This document shows positions 60,635 through 64,000 of a stretch of DNA of 64,000 bases, piece by piece. Numbering within the stretch: position 1 is the stretch's first letter; every line of letters begins with the position of its first letter. The position numbers were made by a program, and so were the translations under genes. Under the pieces are notes generated by a model. The model was not told the DNA's origin. It made no database searches and saw nothing but the letters and a program-made list of their open reading frames with translations. Origin of the DNA: a virus (lineage: Duplodnaviria; Caudoviricetes). The stretch spans positions 1-64,000 of the IMG/VR virus record IMGVR_UViG_3300037462_000487; one strand, written 5' to 3'.

Positions 60635-63600
60635 CTGCTAACTCCTTTGCTACTTTTTCACGTAAACGTTTGACAACTGAATTAGAACCGCCAAACCGGG
60701 CGACAACTTCCCGGTAAGCGGGGAAATCCCCGTATTGAATATACCACTCACGCAAATATTTTTCAATATCTGACTCCTTGTTGTGGATAAACGCCTTCAT
60801 AAACTCTTTCTTGTGAATTACTCGTGTCACATACGGCAGCGCCGGGCGACTCGCCAGCACGTAAACGTATTTTTTGCTGCCGGTAGCATGAGGACGTATT
60901 CTTTCGGCTGACTGGATCATCTCGCCAGTCTCGATCATGTTGACAAACAAATCACCAAACCAGTGATTAAACGTGCGATAGCCGTGACCGGAAGACTGCG
61001 TATCGTAAACCGCCGGTTTAATCACGGTTTCCGCACTGATGTCGTCTTTGATTTTGAGCAGGTAAGCCCAGGCACTAATACGCCGGTACACCACATCATA
61101 CGGCACCCGAAACGCACCGATCAGACACACTGCCGGATATTCGGCGTAAGTATTGGTACCGCGTAACGCGCCGTAATGCCCCCAGGCGACGCGGGGAAAA
61201 GCCGGATCATCTTTAAACAGTTCTTCAAACAGTTCTCGAATGTTTTTGTGAGTGACTACCAGCAGTTTTTCGTGTTTTTCCAGCAAACCACGAATAATTG
61301 CCAGCGCATCCCGGACGACGCGCCGATGATAGACATTTTCATTCAGCGGTTCCTGAGCCTTTAGCAGCGCTAAATCCTTACCTAATTCGGTATAAATCTG
61401 CGATTTTGTCCAGTCGGAACCGTGGACTACCATCACTTCCGCTGCCGGATTGCGAACTTTTGGCTGATAGACTTTAACTTCGCGTTGAAACATCCCCTGA
61501 TACAGAATCGGCAGCGACGTAGCATCTGCAACAATCATCGGCACCTGCCGCGGAAACAACACCGGGTTCTGTTCGTAAATCTCCAACACACCGTCGATCA
61601 GATGAATTGCGGATGGGCGGTTAAACTCCGGGTCAGCCAGATAATCCGGCAGTTCGTGTAACAAGGCTTGCAGCAGCGGCGGCACGACTCGCTTGCGAAT
61701 AGTGGCAATGTCGCCTCCCATAAAGTACGGCTGATACACCCGTTCCAGTAAATCGTAGTCGATAGCTGCCAGTATTTTTGCCAGCGACCAGTCGGGGTTA
61801 AACCCGGTAATCAGCGTGTCTACCAGTTTAAAAAACCGGTTGCCACTCAGCGTTTCCGCACTGGCAGTACCTAAAGCACCCCTCACCGCGGCAGTCAGCA
61901 GATCAATCAGCAGCACTAGCTGCCGATCTTCAACATCTAAATCCCACCCATCGGTAAACGGATACACATCACTGGCTTTGACTCGCAGCGGATTATTGTC
62001 AATAATCCCGCCAGGATTTTCGTCAATGACGATCAGTTGACGGTAATCGTCACCGCGGTCGCCGGTAAGATGCTGAAAACGAAAAAACGTCAACGGATAC
62101 TGATGACGCTGCCTGTCTTGACTCAGATAGCCACTCTGCTCACACTCCCGCCGGAACGGGCAGACAAGCTGACAGTACCGACCGGTGTCGTGATAGTTGT
62201 TACTAATCGCACTGATCGTACTAAAATTGGCACAGTTGCCTTCGTGTCGGGCTTCAAAGTTAAACCACAGCGCTGGATTTGCACCAGTCGCCAGCAAAGA
62301 ATCATAACCATCTTTATACTGACCATACCAGGCGATGCTGGCATAGGAAAAATCATCTAGCCGCCGTTGCAGTTTGCTGACCAGTTCCAGCAGCGCTTTA
62401 CGTTCTTCCCATTGAGCCGCCGGCAGTGCCGCAATCTCTGCCTGAATACCGGCAATGTTTTCCTGTAGCTTCGCTCGCTCTGCCAGCCGCAGGTCGTACT
62501 GCTGCTGTGCAATTTCTTCTGCCAGTTGAATTAAAGTATGCGTTTTGCCGGCTCCGGGTGGGGCTGCCAGCAGCAGTAACTGCGGCTGTGTGCGATCAGT
62601 TGAGTAAGTTTTTAAAAAATCTCGTACCTGCTGCGCTAAAGAATGCTCACCACTGCCCCGAATTTCATCCAGACTGAAAAAGTCAGACGCTGCTGGCGCA
62701 GGCGGTTCAGGAACACAGTCGATGAACAAGCCACGAGTCACTCCCGCCGGATCATACGTTACTACCTGCAACCGCTGCTGAATAAAAATGCGAGCAAAGT
62801 CTTCTGTGCTGTTTTGCAACAGATCGGTGACATCATACCCGGAAGGGTATTCACTATCGCGCCAGTGCAGATAACCGGCAGTCGGGATACCGCAGTGTTT
62901 AGCCCACTGCGTGACATTCTCCGAGAATTTTTCCCCGGCTGCGTCGCAGTCTCCCATCACCCAGACAGTCTGATACCCTTCTCGCTGAAGCAGCGCGGTT
63001 TTTTCTTTTGACCAGGCAGTCGAACCAAACGACACAAAGATATTCCAGTTGGGGAATAGCTGCGCCAGGGTAATGCCATCTTTTTCGCCTTCCGCAACTA
63101 CCGCAACGGTAGCTGCCGGATCGTTGATAATGCGCCAAAAATACTGCCGCGAACTGCCGGGAGTACGCTTGGGCGGCAATCCGGTTTGCCTCCCGGAAAC
63201 GTAATACAATCCCCTAATACTGGCATTTTCGTCAGCGTCGCTGACGTGTTCTACCTGCATAGGAATGGTATTCACCGGGCCGTCTTGACTGTACAGCGTT
63301 CCCTTTCCCAGACGAAAGCGTTGAATAGTTGCGTCTGTCCAGCCGAACTTACGCCAGTAAGCGTAATCGACTTCTTTCTGACTGCGCTGCACCAGGTCTT
63401 CCGTCCAGAGCATATGCAGCGGATTGTCATCCAGTTGTGTTTGAAATTCCAGATCAAAGCTGTCGGTTAACGTTACGTTGAGCTTGTCTGCCAGATCATC
63501 ATACGTATAAAAACCATTGTTATTGCGTCCACGGCTGTGACGAGCGCAGGAACGGCAGTACAACCCGGCTCCAAACCATACCAGACGATCCCGCCCGTAA

Positions 63601-63740
63601 AAACGCACCTGATTAAAAACTATTTCGTCGCTGGTACCATCCGGCAGGCAAAATGGACACGGGCTGTGATACTCTTTGCGTTCAGTCTTCACCGTTGCCG
63701 GCGGAAATTGTAGAATAAAATCTTGCAGTGAAGACACCAT
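60618..63740 (-). CDS. Primase-helicase fusion (Zn-binding, TOPRIM, SF2-like helicase, C-terminal HTH)
   Basis: CPFC...CRSC; TOPRIM VAEGEKD and GDCDAAG; Walker A APPGAGKT; Walker B IVIDEN; Q..ERIR motif VI-like. Start reassigned to ATG 63740. Confidence 0.85.
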   Translation of the reverse strand: MVSSLQDFILQFPPATVKTERKEYHSPCPFCLPDGTSDEIVFNQVRFYGRDRLVWFGAGLYCRSCARHSRGRNNNGFYTYDDLADKLNVTLTDSFDLEFQTQLDDNPLHMLWTEDLVQRSQKEVDYAYWRKFGWTDATIQRFRLGKGTLYSQDGPVNTIPMQVEHVSDADENASIRGLYYVSGRQTGLPPKRTPGSSRQYFWRIINDPAATVAVVAEGEKDGITLAQLFPNWNIFVSFGSTAWSKEKTALLQREGYQTVWVMGDCDAAGEKFSENVTQWAKHCGIPTAGYLHWRDSEYPSGYDVTDLLQNSTEDFARIFIQQRLQVVTYDPAGVTRGLFIDCVPEPPAPAASDFFSLDEIRGSGEHSLAQQVRDFLKTYSTDRTQPQLLLLAAPPGAGKTHTLIQLAEEIAQQQYDLRLAERAKLQENIAGIQAEIAALPAAQWEERKALLELVSKLQRRLDDFSYASIAWYGQYKDGYDSLLATGANPALWFNFEARHEGNCANFSTISAISNNYHDTGRYCQLVCPFRRECEQSGYLSQDRQRHQYPLTFFRFQHLTGDRGDDYRQLIVIDENPGGIIDNNPLRVKASDVYPFTDGWDLDVEDRQLVLLIDLLTAAVRGALGTASAETLSGNRFFKLVDTLITGFNPDWSLAKILAAIDYDLLERVYQPYFMGGDIATIRKRVVPPLLQALLHELPDYLADPEFNRPSAIHLIDGVLEIYEQNPVLFPRQVPMIVADATSLPILYQGMFQREVKVYQPKVRNPAAEVMVVHGSDWTKSQIYTELGKDLALLKAQEPLNENVYHRRVVRDALAIIRGLLEKHEKLLVVTHKNIRELFEELFKDDPAFPRVAWGHYGALRGTNTYAEYPAVCLIGAFRVPYDVVYRRISAWAYLLKIKDDISAETVIKPAVYDTQSSGHGYRTFNHWFGDLFVNMIETGEMIQSAERIRPHATGSKKYVYVLASRPALPYVTRVIHKKEFMKAFIHNKESDIEKYLREWYIQYGDFPAYREVVARFGGSNSVVKRLREKVAKELAGGIME

Positions 63741-63766
63741 GAATCTTCCTGTAGCAATAAACAAAA

Positions 63767-63794
63767 GATCAGCCTGCCACCGAGCAGGCTGATC
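63767..63794 (-). terminator. Rho-independent terminator
   Basis: GATCAGCCTGC-6 nt-GCAGGCTGATC followed by TTTTGTTT on the minus strand. Confidence 0.75.
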
Positions 63795-63801
63795 CGGTTA
63801 A

Positions 63802-64000
63802 CTAAAGTTGGAGATCGTCAGTAGTAGCAATGTCTTGCACAGGAATAAACTGAGGATTTTGAGTCAGGTATTCATCGACAGCGGTGAGATCAGCAATTCG
63901 CAGCAGTGTTTCCCGTCCATTGGCAGTTTGATAATCACGCAGCGCTTCATAAAACGGCAGCAGGTGTTCCGACGGCACTACCTGACCAAGATTAAAATCC
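63802..64000 (-). CDS. C-terminal 65 aa of a gene entering from the window edge
   Basis: Manual translation DFNLGQVVPSEHLLPFYEALRDY...IATTDDLQL-stop; acidic tail. Confidence 0.6.
   Translation of the reverse strand, partial: DFNLGQVVPSEHLLPFYEALRDYQTANGRETLLRIADLTAVDEYLTQNPQFIPVQDIATTDDLQL

Noticed and set aside
1098-62677. Numerous long antisense ORFs in the track (e.g. 1098..1802, 22090..22866, 25950..26750, 45920..46612, 50931..51782, 52905..53831)
   Set aside because: They are shadows of well-supported genes on the opposite strand, with no RBS or recognisable motifs.
1-64000. Alternative genetic code (stop-codon reassignment)
   Set aside because: Long genes (TMP, polymerase, primase) are intact in the standard code and all three stops terminate genes; only one isolated internal TAA was noticed.

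Overview
The window is a large part of an apparently lytic, long-tailed (siphovirus-like) dsDNA bacteriophage genome. No integrase, host housekeeping block, rRNA or canonical tRNA is visible, and the host cannot be determined from sequence alone. There are three blocks. (1) 1-12.2 kb, minus strand: small accessory genes, including seven pentapeptide-repeat paralogues joined by a recurring stop/start junction, and a ~120-nt tmRNA-like RNA with its own consensus promoter. That RNA keeps the complete alanyl tRNA-like domain but lacks the mRNA-like domain. (2) ~11.0-13.0 kb: a repeat- and palindrome-rich non-coding switch region, followed at 13.0-47.1 kb (+) by the packaging and morphogenesis operon (terminases, Cas4-like nuclease, membrane PAS protein, portal, protease/scaffold, capsid, tail tube, chaperones, 2887-aa tape measure, tail tip and fibre, putative lysis genes). 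(3) 47.1-64 kb, minus strand: DNA modification, nucleotide metabolism and replication genes (MT-A70 and C5 methyltransferases, phosphoesterase, RusA, MazG-like, ThyX, family A polymerase, RNase H, SF2 helicase, primase-helicase). The strongest novelty candidate is the tag-less mini-tmRNA at 7822-7941. Next are the pentapeptide-repeat cassette array, a 44-bp palindrome present twice 43 kb apart, and a structured RNA element upstream of the helicase. All product calls come from manual motif recognition, not database searches.
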